A DNA stretch of 64,000 bases from an uncultured Eubacteriales bacterium (lineage in GTDB: Bacteria > Bacillota > Clostridia > Oscillospirales > CAG-272): the NCBI GenBank assembly GCA_934503195.1, contig CAKSVM010000004.1, positions 3,865 to 67,864 on the forward strand, read 5' to 3'. The notes under the pieces are model-generated. The model was given only the letters and a program-made list of their open reading frames with translations. It had not been told where the DNA came from and ran no database searches. The stretch's first letter is position 1. Each line of letters opens with the position of its first letter. This document shows positions 56,111-64,000 of the stretch, piece by piece. A program made the position numbers and the translations under genes.

Positions 56111-57535
56111 TTATCCGATGCTGCCCTTCATTTCAAGTCTTATGAGATTGTTCATCTCGACCGCGTACTCAACCGGCAGTTCCTTTGAAACGTTGTCGGC
56201 AAATCCGCTGACAATCAGCGCGCGGGCGTCTTCCTCGCTCATTCCGCGGCTCATCAGGTAGAATACCGTGTCGCCGCTGATGCTTCCGATCTTCGCCTCG
56301 TGGCCGATATTCGCGTCCTTGGTTCTGATGTCCATCGCCGGAACCGTGTCCGAGCGCGACTCGGAATCGAGCATCAGCGACTGGCACGAAACCGAGGACT
56401 TCGCCCCGGACGCGCCCTTCTCAACGACCACACTCGATCTGAACGTGCTGATTCCGCCCGATTTGCTTATCGATCTGGTATTCATATAGGACGACGTGTT
56501 CTTTCCGATATGAACGACCTTCGCTCCGGTGTCAAGATTCTGTCCGGCTCCCGCGAAGGTGACTCCGGTGAACTCCATGCGCGAGTTGTCACCCTTGAGA
56601 ACGCTCATCGGATAGAGACATCCGACGTGCGAGCCGAAGGATCCCGAAACCCACTCGATCGTTCCACCCTCCTCGACCAGCGCGCGCTTGGTGTTGAGGT
56701 TGTACATATTCTTCGACCAGTTCTCAATCGTCGAGTATCTGAGCTTCGCGTTCTTCTTGACATAAAGCTCGACGCATCCGGCGTGGAGATTCGCCACATT
56801 GTACTTCGGCGCGGAGCATCCCTCGATGAAATGCAGGCTCGCGCCCTCGTCAACGATTATCAGCGTATGCTCAAACTGACCCGCGCCCTTGGCGTTGAGT
56901 CTGAAATACGACTGAAGCGGAATTGAGACCTGAACTCCCTTAGGAACGTAGACAAACGATCCGCCCGACCAGACCGCGCCGTGCAGAGCCGCGAACTTGT
57001 GATCGCGCGGGGTAACGAGCTTCATGAAATATTTCTGCACCATATCGGCGTATTCTCCGTGAAGCGCGCTCTCCATGTCGGTGTAGACGACTCCCTCGGC
57101 CGCGACCGATTCCTTGACGTTGTGATAGACCAGCTCGGAATCGTACTGCGCGCCGACTCCGGCGAGCGATTTCCGCTCGGCCTCGGGGATTCCGAGACGA
57201 TCAAAGGTGTCCTTGATATCCTGCGGGACGTTCTTCCAGTCGTTCTGCATTTTGGTGTTCGGACGGACATAGGTCGCGATCTTTTCGATATTCAGCCCCT
57301 CGATCGAAGGCCCCCAGTCGGGGATCGGCGTCTCGTTGTAGATCTGAAGCGAATGAAGTCTGAACTGCTGCATCCAGACCGGGTCGTTCTTCTCCTTTGA
57401 GAGCTTATCGACGATCTCCGGCGTGAGTCCGGCCTCCATGCGGTAGGCGTCGTGTTCCTCGTCGCGGATGTCGTAGACGCTCCGGTCGATATCCTCGACT
57501 ATCGTTTTTTCCTTTTCCTTGACCGCCATACTCAT
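56111..57535 (-). CDS. sufB: Fe-S cluster assembly protein SufB
   Basis: 474 aa. 'HTLIIVDEGASLHFIEGCSAP' and 'HEAKIGSISGDTVFYLMSRGMSEEDA' are highly conserved SufB blocks. Confidence 0.95.
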   Translation of the reverse strand: MSMAVKEKEKTIVEDIDRSVYDIRDEEHDAYRMEAGLTPEIVDKLSKEKNDPVWMQQFRLHSLQIYNETPIPDWGPSIEGLNIEKIATYVRPNTKMQNDWKNVPQDIKDTFDRLGIPEAERKSLAGVGAQYDSELVYHNVKESVAAEGVVYTDMESALHGEYADMVQKYFMKLVTPRDHKFAALHGAVWSGGSFVYVPKGVQVSIPLQSYFRLNAKGAGQFEHTLIIVDEGASLHFIEGCSAPKYNVANLHAGCVELYVKKNAKLRYSTIENWSKNMYNLNTKRALVEEGGTIEWVSGSFGSHVGCLYPMSVLKGDNSRMEFTGVTFAGAGQNLDTGAKVVHIGKNTSSYMNTRSISKSGGISTFRSSVVVEKGASGAKSSVSCQSLMLDSESRSDTVPAMDIRTKDANIGHEAKIGSISGDTVFYLMSRGMSEEDARALIVSGFADNVSKELPVEYAVEMNNLIRLEMKGSIG

Positions 57536-58284
57536 TCCTCCGTTCTGACGGCAGAGAAGCCCTTTTCGTTGATCTCATCGACCAGCTCCGCGCCGCCGTT
57601 TCTGACGATGACGCCGTTTTCCATGACGTGCGCGCTGTCTACTTGAAGCGCCTCAAGGATTCTCGTGCTGTGCGTGATGATGAGAAGCGAACCCTTTACC
57701 TTCTCGCGGTAAAGGCTGACTCCGTTCGAGACGATTCTGACCGCGTCAACGTCGAGTCCCGAGTCGGTTTCGTCGAGGATCGCGAGCTTCGGTTCGAGCA
57801 TCAGCATCTGAAGGATCTCGGCCTTCTTCTTTTCTCCGCCCGAGAAGCCGACGTTGAGATCGCGCTCGGCGTATGACTCGTCCATCGAGAGAAGCTTCAT
57901 CGTCTCGGCGAGCTTTTTCTTGAAGTCCCAGAGTCTGACGCGCTTTCCGGTCTTCTGTTCAAGCGCGGAGCGGATGAAGGCCGAGAGCGTCACTCCGGGA
58001 ACCTCGGGCGGATTCTGGAACGAGAGGAAGATTCCCTTCTTCGCCCTCTCGTTCACCGGAAGATCGGTGATATCCTCACCGTCAAAGATGATTTTTCCGG
58101 AAGTTATGGTATAGACCGGGTTTCCGGTGATAGCGTAGCCGAGAGTTGATTTTCCGGTTCCGTTCGGACCCATCAGGACATGAGTCTCATCGCGGCCGAT
58201 ATCAAGACATACGCCGCGAAGAATCTGCTTTTCGCCTACACTCACATGGAGGTCGTTTATCTGTAAAATATTCTTATCCGACAT
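57532..58284 (-). CDS. sufC: Fe-S cluster assembly ATPase SufC
   Basis: 250 aa. Walker A 'GPNGTGKSTL', signature 'FSGGEKKKAEILQ', Walker B 'ILDETDSGLD'. Confidence 0.95.
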   Translation of the reverse strand: MSDKNILQINDLHVSVGEKQILRGVCLDIGRDETHVLMGPNGTGKSTLGYAITGNPVYTITSGKIIFDGEDITDLPVNERAKKGIFLSFQNPPEVPGVTLSAFIRSALEQKTGKRVRLWDFKKKLAETMKLLSMDESYAERDLNVGFSGGEKKKAEILQMLMLEPKLAILDETDSGLDVDAVRIVSNGVSLYREKVKGSLLIITHSTRILEALQVDSAHVMENGVIVRNGGAELVDEINEKGFSAVRTEE

Positions 58285-58296
58285 TTCTTTTTCTCC

Positions 58297-58746
58297 TTAA
58301 TTACATTCGTGTCCGGGATTTTTCCGCTTTTCGGCGAGAAGTCCGCCGAGCGTGTAGTTGTCAATATATTCGTTTATGTGCGCCTCAAGTCCGCGCCAGA
58401 ACGGAAGAGTGTAGCAGGTGCAGACCTCGCCGCACTTCTTGCCATCCTCGGCAAGGCATGACACCGGGACAAGCTCGCCCTCTGCGGCGCGGAGTATCTC
58501 GCCGACGCTGTATTCCTCCGCCGAGCGGAGAAGCTTATATCCTCCGGTCTTTCCGACCGCGCTTTCGACGAGTCCGGATTTGCAGAGGAGGTTCATAATG
58601 CTTTCAAGATATTTTCTTGAAATATTCTGGCGTTCGGCGATATCCGAAAGCCTTAAGAAGCCCTCCTCGCCGTGTTCGGCCATGTCAAGCATCACACGGA
58701 GCGCGTAGCGTCCCTTTGAAGAGACCATCATATCTTTCATCTCCAA
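58297..58746 (-). CDS. Rrf2 family transcriptional regulator (IscR/CymR-like)
   Basis: 149 aa. 'GRYALRVMLDMA' wHTH. A Cys-rich segment 'VSCLAEDGKKCGEVCTCYT' is compatible with cluster ligation. First gene of the suf operon. Confidence 0.9.
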   Translation of the reverse strand: MEMKDMMVSSKGRYALRVMLDMAEHGEEGFLRLSDIAERQNISRKYLESIMNLLCKSGLVESAVGKTGGYKLLRSAEEYSVGEILRAAEGELVPVSCLAEDGKKCGEVCTCYTLPFWRGLEAHINEYIDNYTLGGLLAEKRKNPGHECN

Positions 58747-58765
58747 TTCCTACTGTTCTGATAGT

Positions 58766-58802
58766 ATTATACAACATTATTCCTACAAAGTCAATAGGAA
58801 TA
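58766..58802 (-). promoter_or_regulatory. Consensus sigma-A promoter of the Rrf2-suf operon, overlapped by an 8-bp inverted repeat (candidate Rrf2 operator)
   Basis: On the minus strand, TTGACT (58789-58794), a 17-nt spacer, then TATAAT (58766-58771). The palindrome TATTCCTA-N9-TAGGAATA (58778-58802) covers the -35. Confidence 0.65.
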
Positions 58803-58826
58803 TACAACAATCTTTCGGAAATCGCG

Positions 58827-58862
58827 AAAAAGCCGCTTGTGAAAATTTACACAAGCGGCTTT
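58827..58862 (-). terminator. Intrinsic terminator after the large hydrolase gene
   Basis: The GCCGCTTGTG/CACAAGCGGC stem is followed on the minus strand by TTTTTCG. Confidence 0.7.
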
Positions 58863-58922
58863 ATAAGGAGCGATCACGCGTTTCGCGGCGGATATTTAAG
58901 CCTCACCCCCGGCTTTTTCAAC

Positions 58923-61874
58923 TCAGAAAAGTATCTCCCCGCCGTCAAGTCCGAACGGCGCAAGCTCATAATTTCCGGTCCATCCGATTCCGCTTCCCGC
59001 CGAGCCGGGAATGTCGGCCGACGTCACCGGAATCATTCTCATTATCCATGTCGCGCGGCTGCATCCGGCAAAGTCAATTCCGGTCATGTGCGACGGTCCG
59101 ATCGCGTTCCGGAGCGTTCCGAAGAGCCGGACGGCGATCCGGTTCTCCCCCTCGCGGAGTTTAATCGAAATCTCATACGGCGGACGGTTTATCGCCCCGA
59201 CACGCTCGCCGTTCACTATGACCTCGGACGTGCATCCACGCATTCCGGCAAGTCTCAGCGTCGCGAAAAGCACGCGCGGCACGTTCACGGCCGACTCGTA
59301 GAGAAGGCTTCCGATATAGAACGGATACCCTTCAAGCGTGACATTCCGTCCGATCGGCGGCTTTCTGTCGGCGATCCTGAGACTTCTTGACACCCTGCAC
59401 ATTCCGCCGCGCGTGGGAAGCGAAACCGTGTCGACCGAGAAATCGCCGATTATATGGATTCTTTCGAGATCGACTCCGACCGGAGCGCGGAAAAGCTCGA
59501 AGAGGTGCTTCATATCGTCGCAGATTCTCTCCTGAACCTGCGGCTTTGTGTTCCGGCTGACCTCGATGACATTCCCACCCGCCTTCACATCGGGAAGATT
59601 GATGAGACGGAAGGATTCCGAGAAATAATATCCGCGGTCGGTCATGTCGCATTCCGTTCCGTTCAGCGTCACGCCGCACTCGCCCGGCTCCTCGATCGCG
59701 AGCCGAAGTCCCGCGAAATCCCGCGCCGACTCAAATCTGAATCTGAGCGTCACGTTTCCGAAATAGTTCTCGCGTTTAAGGATTTCGGTCACGCACTCGA
59801 CCGGATATTCGTCCGAGAAATTTTCCATCGCGTCGGTCTTGTATTCGCAGGTTTCGAGCGTCAGAACGTTTTCGTGCTCGGGTTCGCAGACGAATTCAAC
59901 CGGAATGACCGTTTTCGACGCCGCGAGCTTCGGAAGAGCCTTTCCCGGCACAAAGCGGAGAAGCAGAGACGCGCCCGGCGCGAGGTTGATATCGGAGATC
60001 GTGGTACCGTCTTCATACCTCACCGGGAAGAATGAAATCTCGCCGTTTTCGGCGTTCCAGACCTCGGCGGTGAATTCGCCGGGGAGAATCAGCTTTCCGC
60101 GCTGATTCTTCCTGCAATCGGACGAGGCGAGCATGAAATCGCGCAAGTCGCCGTTTATGTTATGTCTGATCGCGACAGCCGCCGTGTCGCCGACAAATTC
60201 ATAGCCCTTGTCAAAATTCCGCGCGATTCTGACAAGCCCGTTCTCGTCATCGACGCGGATGATCTCCGGACGTCCGAAAAGCTCCGACATATCGCGCGTC
60301 ACGCCGTCAAGCCGCTCAGGCGGATTTCCGACGACGATAATCTCTCCGTCGTTCTTTGAAAACTCCAGAAGAAGCGAATACGCGCGGTCACTAAGCAGCT
60401 CAAGAAAAGGAATCACGACCCGCTTATAGCTCATCTTTCCGATGACAAACCGATTGCCGTCAACCGAACCGTCAGAGGAAATCGTCGCGAGATCGCCGAA
60501 GTGGAAGGCGATATCATTCGCGTAGAGCGCGAGAACGAGTCTGTCAAAGGTCACGTCATACGCGTCAACGTCGGCGCGCGGCGACATATCCGCGCGGTCG
60601 GTTAGTCCTCGTATTTTCATATACGCCGTCTCAAGCGGATGGAGAACAAGCGTCTCGACCGTCGGCTTTCCTTCGGAAAGGAAGGTGCCGACTCTGGCGG
60701 CGTAGTCCTTCATCACCCTGAAATTCTTCCAGAACGGCTGATAAATATTGAACTGCTGCGGATAGAATCTCTTTCTGAATCCGCCGATCGAGTAGAACAT
60801 CGCGTGCATACACTGATGATTTATCCCGAAGAGCGCGAAGAAGTCCCATAGCCGCATCATATCACGGAATGAGAGATCGGGCGAGGTGACGCCGTACATT
60901 TCGCAGAGAATATGCTTTTTCCCGGCCTGCATCGCCGCTGAGACGCACTGGATCGTCGAGACGAGCATTCCCTGAAGCGTTATGCCGCCGTCGCCCAGCG
61001 TTTTGTCGCCCCATTCGTTGAAAATCCGCAGCTGATCGATTCCGGGAATGTCGAAATACTTGTAAAAGGGCATCAGCGCGCAGCCCTGCGTCACCTGATA
61101 TTTGAGAAGCTCCTCGCCCATAAGGTGGCCGCTGAAGGTGAGATCATGCTCGTGGCACCATTTTCTGACGCTCGTGAAATAGTGCTTTTCCATTCGCTCG
61201 CGGAGAAGCGTGAAATATCTGTAGCGGATCGTCTTGTAGTCGCCGACGTCAAAGTAGAGCGAGTCGATCCTTGCCTTCAGCGACTCGCCGAAGCGTTCGA
61301 GATAATCCTCCTCCAGCCCCTCCGTCCAGACCATATAAGCGTTGTTGAAACGCGGTTCGTCGACCCAGACCGAGATCACGGTCTTTCCGAACTCGTCCGA
61401 GAACTCCGCCCACATATCCTCGTAGACGGTTTTTATGTAATATTCGGTCGAGGCCTTGTCAAGCATATTGACCGCGGCTGCCGAGAGCTTGTCGAGATAC
61501 ACGATCCCGTCCTTCTCAAGCAGAATCTCCTCTCCGTCCGAAAGCTCAGAGGACTTTTTCGGCTCGATGTGGTGAAGCGCGTACTCCGCCGGAAGTCCGG
61601 GATAGGCGGAGGGCATATATCCGGCCTGAAGGACGATTTTCAGTCCGCACTCGCGCGCGGCGTCGATCGCGACCCTGACCTTCGATCTGAACTCCTTCCC
61701 GGGATAATCCGAGAAAAGTCCGTTGTAGGTGCGGAAGATGACCGAGTAGAGCCCCTTGTCGCGGAACTCCTTTATCTGGCGGCGGATCATTTCGTCGGAC
61801 AGGCGGTCGTTGACCATATAGAGATCGAGTCCGCGGAAGGTCTCGTCGGGTGTCATGAAATCTTTTTCGTTCAT
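58923..61874 (-). CDS. Glycoside-hydrolase-like protein (TIM-barrel plus jelly-roll), paralog of 17730-20105
   Basis: 983 aa. 'MVNDRLSDEMIRRQIKEFRDKGLYSVIF', 'VWVDEPRF' and 'FSGHLMGEE' are colinear with the other copy. No signal peptide. Confidence 0.65.
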   Translation of the reverse strand: MNEKDFMTPDETFRGLDLYMVNDRLSDEMIRRQIKEFRDKGLYSVIFRTYNGLFSDYPGKEFRSKVRVAIDAARECGLKIVLQAGYMPSAYPGLPAEYALHHIEPKKSSELSDGEEILLEKDGIVYLDKLSAAAVNMLDKASTEYYIKTVYEDMWAEFSDEFGKTVISVWVDEPRFNNAYMVWTEGLEEDYLERFGESLKARIDSLYFDVGDYKTIRYRYFTLLRERMEKHYFTSVRKWCHEHDLTFSGHLMGEELLKYQVTQGCALMPFYKYFDIPGIDQLRIFNEWGDKTLGDGGITLQGMLVSTIQCVSAAMQAGKKHILCEMYGVTSPDLSFRDMMRLWDFFALFGINHQCMHAMFYSIGGFRKRFYPQQFNIYQPFWKNFRVMKDYAARVGTFLSEGKPTVETLVLHPLETAYMKIRGLTDRADMSPRADVDAYDVTFDRLVLALYANDIAFHFGDLATISSDGSVDGNRFVIGKMSYKRVVIPFLELLSDRAYSLLLEFSKNDGEIIVVGNPPERLDGVTRDMSELFGRPEIIRVDDENGLVRIARNFDKGYEFVGDTAAVAIRHNINGDLRDFMLASSDCRKNQRGKLILPGEFTAEVWNAENGEISFFPVRYEDGTTISDINLAPGASLLLRFVPGKALPKLAASKTVIPVEFVCEPEHENVLTLETCEYKTDAMENFSDEYPVECVTEILKRENYFGNVTLRFRFESARDFAGLRLAIEEPGECGVTLNGTECDMTDRGYYFSESFRLINLPDVKAGGNVIEVSRNTKPQVQERICDDMKHLFELFRAPVGVDLERIHIIGDFSVDTVSLPTRGGMCRVSRSLRIADRKPPIGRNVTLEGYPFYIGSLLYESAVNVPRVLFATLRLAGMRGCTSEVIVNGERVGAINRPPYEISIKLREGENRIAVRLFGTLRNAIGPSHMTGIDFAGCSRATWIMRMIPVTSADIPGSAGSGIGWTGNYELAPFGLDGGEILF

Positions 61875-61983
61875 TTCAAAAAAGCTCCTTTACAAATAAG
61901 GCTTGATGTGATATAATTATACCATGAATACACGTGTTTTTCAATCCCACATAATAAACCATAATTCGTAAAAAACAAAGATA

Positions 61984-62820
61984 ATGAAGCTCATCGAAAT
62001 GAACCCCTACGTCCGCTTCGCGCGGATCCAGAAACGCAATATGCCGAAAATCCCGTCGGCCGCGATCGACCACAGACTCTACTGCTGCCTTGTCGGTGAG
62101 GGAGTCTTTGACGTCGGCGGGACGGAATATAAAATCAGCCGAGGAACGGTGATCTACATCCGCTCCGGAACCTTTCACCATATAATAAATGAAGCGTCCC
62201 CGCTTGTCTTCTCGGGGATAAACTTCGATTTCTCGCGAAAATTCTCAGACCGCGTCCCGCCGCTTCCGGCATTGCCAGAGGGAAGATTCGACCGCTCGCT
62301 CGTTACCGAACCCGGGCTTTTCGATGACTCGGAACGCTTCGACCGGACGATATACCTTAACGCCGAGGGTATGTTCGAAAGCACCTTTTCGGAGATCGTG
62401 AACGAATACGCCGGGTCGCGCGTCTTTTCGGATGAAATCTGCTCGGCAAGACTCCGCGCGCTCCTCTTTTCGCTGATAAGCGAGACCGGGACGGAAGACG
62501 CGATAAGCGCGAAAGCTCTCGAAATCATCACATATATAAACGGCCACTTCACAGATTCACTCACGGCCGCGTTTCTCGCGGAGAAATTCTCGTATCATCC
62601 GAACTACATTTCGTCGCTCGTCAGAAAGGCGACCGGACTTCCGCTCCACGCCTATATCGTCGACTGCCGGATGAAGCGCGCGAGGATTCTTTTAACCTCG
62701 ACCGACCTTTCGGTCAGCGAGATCGGAGCAGAAATCGGGATGCCTGACGTCAAGGCCTTCTCAAAGTGTTTTCTGAAAAACGTCGGCGTCACGCCGGGAA
62801 AATTCAGAACAAAGGGATAG
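61984..62820 (+). CDS. AraC family transcriptional regulator
   Basis: 278 aa. C-terminal 'IGAEIGMPDVKAFSKCFLKNVGVTPGKFR'. Divergent from the hydrolase gene. Confidence 0.85.
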   Translation: MKLIEMNPYVRFARIQKRNMPKIPSAAIDHRLYCCLVGEGVFDVGGTEYKISRGTVIYIRSGTFHHIINEASPLVFSGINFDFSRKFSDRVPPLPALPEGRFDRSLVTEPGLFDDSERFDRTIYLNAEGMFESTFSEIVNEYAGSRVFSDEICSARLRALLFSLISETGTEDAISAKALEIITYINGHFTDSLTAAFLAEKFSYHPNYISSLVRKATGLPLHAYIVDCRMKRARILLTSTDLSVSEIGAEIGMPDVKAFSKCFLKNVGVTPGKFRTKG

Positions 62821-62869
62821 GACAAAAACGCAAGGGGAGGACGGATCCTCCCCTTCGCCGTAAATTTTA

Positions 62870-64000
62870 TCAGCCCTCGTACGCCTTTTTCAGCGCGGCG
62901 AGCTTTTCCTCGACAACCGACTTTCCGGACGCAATCGTCGACGCGCCGTTGTCGGAGCCGTTCAGAACGATAGAGTTGAGCTGGCTTGTCAGATCATACG
63001 ACACGCCGAAAAGATTCGTCGCCTGCGTGCTTCGTCCGTCGCGCACGATTTCGAGCATTTCGAGCGAATCCTCGTTCCGGAGTCCCTTCTGCGAGATCGT
63101 GATGTCGTAGTAGACCGGAAGCGTCGATTTGTAGCTCTCATAGGTCAGCGCGTCGATTATCACCCCGGCTCTCGAAGCGTCCTTCACGGTTTTCGGGATG
63201 CAGAGGAAGCAGGCCGCCGGATTCACATAGGATATGTAATTTTCCTGCGACTCGTCATATTTCGGCATCGGAATGAGTCCGAAGTTTGAGTTCATCCCGC
63301 GAAGCTCAAGCGTCGATTTGATCTCCGACGTCATGAAGACCGCGCGATTATTGTTGAAGGCGTAGATATATCCGTTTCCGGTCGATATATTGCTGTTGTC
63401 CGAATACGCGCTGCCCTCGCCGCTGATAATCTTTCCGAGCTTCTCAATCGTCGTATACATTCTTTCGGTCTGACCCGAAAAGACGTAGTCTTTTCCCTCC
63501 GCCGAAACGAGTCGGTTCCCGGCCGCGAAAATGAAGGCGAACGGGCTTCCGGTGTGATTCGCCAGTCCGTAGACCGCGCTTCCGTCGGTCTTCCACGAAA
63601 AGCTTTCGTCACCGTTCAGCTCAGCTGAGGCCGCGACCATCTTACCGAACTCGTCGAGCGTCCATTTTCCCGATCTGACGAGTTCGTACGGATATTCCAT
63701 CTTCCGCTCGTCCATCATGTCCTGATTGAAGAGGAGCACCCACGAGAGGTCAAGCGTCATCATCTGCAAGGGACCTGACGCCGCGTAGAGCTTTCCGTAC
63801 ATCGTAAGCTCATCGTTTATCGCGTTGTCCCACCACTTCTCACCGAATCTCAGCTCGGGAACCGACTTCATATCAAGAAGATATCCATCGGTGATCACCG
63901 CGGGCTGGAATCTGAACGGAAGATACGCCGCGTCATAGTCCGAGTCGCCCGCCATGACCATCGTGACAATCTCGTTGCAGAGCGAAGTCTGACCCGTTCC
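62870..64000 (-). CDS. ABC-type extracellular solute-binding lipoprotein, 5'-partial (runs off the window)
   Basis: The frame stays open upstream of the track's Met at 63961 ('GTGQTSLCNEIVTMVMAGDSDYDAAYL'). 'SGKWTLDEFGKM' and 'IPMPKYDESQ'. The N-terminus and lipobox lie outside the window. Confidence 0.8.
   Translation of the reverse strand, partial: GTGQTSLCNEIVTMVMAGDSDYDAAYLPFRFQPAVITDGYLLDMKSVPELRFGEKWWDNAINDELTMYGKLYAASGPLQMMTLDLSWVLLFNQDMMDERKMEYPYELVRSGKWTLDEFGKMVAASAELNGDESFSWKTDGSAVYGLANHTGSPFAFIFAAGNRLVSAEGKDYVFSGQTERMYTTIEKLGKIISGEGSAYSDNSNISTGNGYIYAFNNNRAVFMTSEIKSTLELRGMNSNFGLIPMPKYDESQENYISYVNPAACFLCIPKTVKDASRAGVIIDALTYESYKSTLPVYYDITISQKGLRNEDSLEMLEIVRDGRSTQATNLFGVSYDLTSQLNSIVLNGSDNGASTIASGKSVVEEKLAALKKAYEG

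Noticed and set aside
1-64000. tRNA, rRNA, known riboswitch or T-box leaders, and prophage structural genes.
   Set aside because: I recognised none by eye in the intergenic regions. The absence is provisional until tRNAscan/Infernal are run.

Overview
This is a 64 kb segment of a visibly GC-rich, Clostridia-like (Firmicutes) chromosome. That placement is a guess from gene content, AGGAGG-type ribosome-binding sites and lipobox lipoproteins. I saw no rRNA, tRNA or CRISPR array. Nearly all real genes have long antisense 'shadow' ORFs in the track, which I rejected.

Layout, left to right:
- 96-3663: three consecutive ADP-ribose-removing genes, each a domain fusion (macro-HTH, ADP-ribosylglycohydrolase-SseB, macro-SpoT-type HD hydrolase). 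They sit directly downstream of era-recO (3686-5392).
- 5496-7900: two FAD-type proteins.
- 7999-13038: a five-gene, start/stop-overlapping module. It encodes an AraC regulator, a membrane-anchored NERD/PD-(D/E)xK-like protein, two short MutS-like ATPases that lack mismatch-recognition and nuclease domains, and a GNAT.
- 13.2-64 kb: mostly repeated carbohydrate modules. Each has an AraC regulator, one or two paralogous lipoprotein solute-binding proteins (six intact or partial copies plus one pseudogene) and glycoside hydrolases. No ABC importer permease or ATPase occurs anywhere in the window.
- Embedded in that stretch:
  - an SDR-SBP-glycyl-radical-enzyme operon with no activase;
  - an ECF-type sigma factor with a long C-terminal extension, next to a heterodimeric ABC exporter pair and a decayed third ABC gene;
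  - an eight-gene operon running from a hydrolase to KDG/KDPG catabolism;
  - a GH28 operon;
  - a complete Rrf2-sufCBDSU operon.
- Two AT-richer scars: a mosaic of five truncated genes around an ISL3 transposase remnant (about 21.1-24.6 kb), and a serine recombinase with two in-frame stops (52.8-53.4 kb).

The best candidates for something undescribed are the MutS-like/NERD-like/GNAT module, the ADP-ribose eraser fusion cluster, and the activase-less glycyl radical enzyme in a sugar-uptake operon. All functional calls come from motif recognition by eye. No searches were run.
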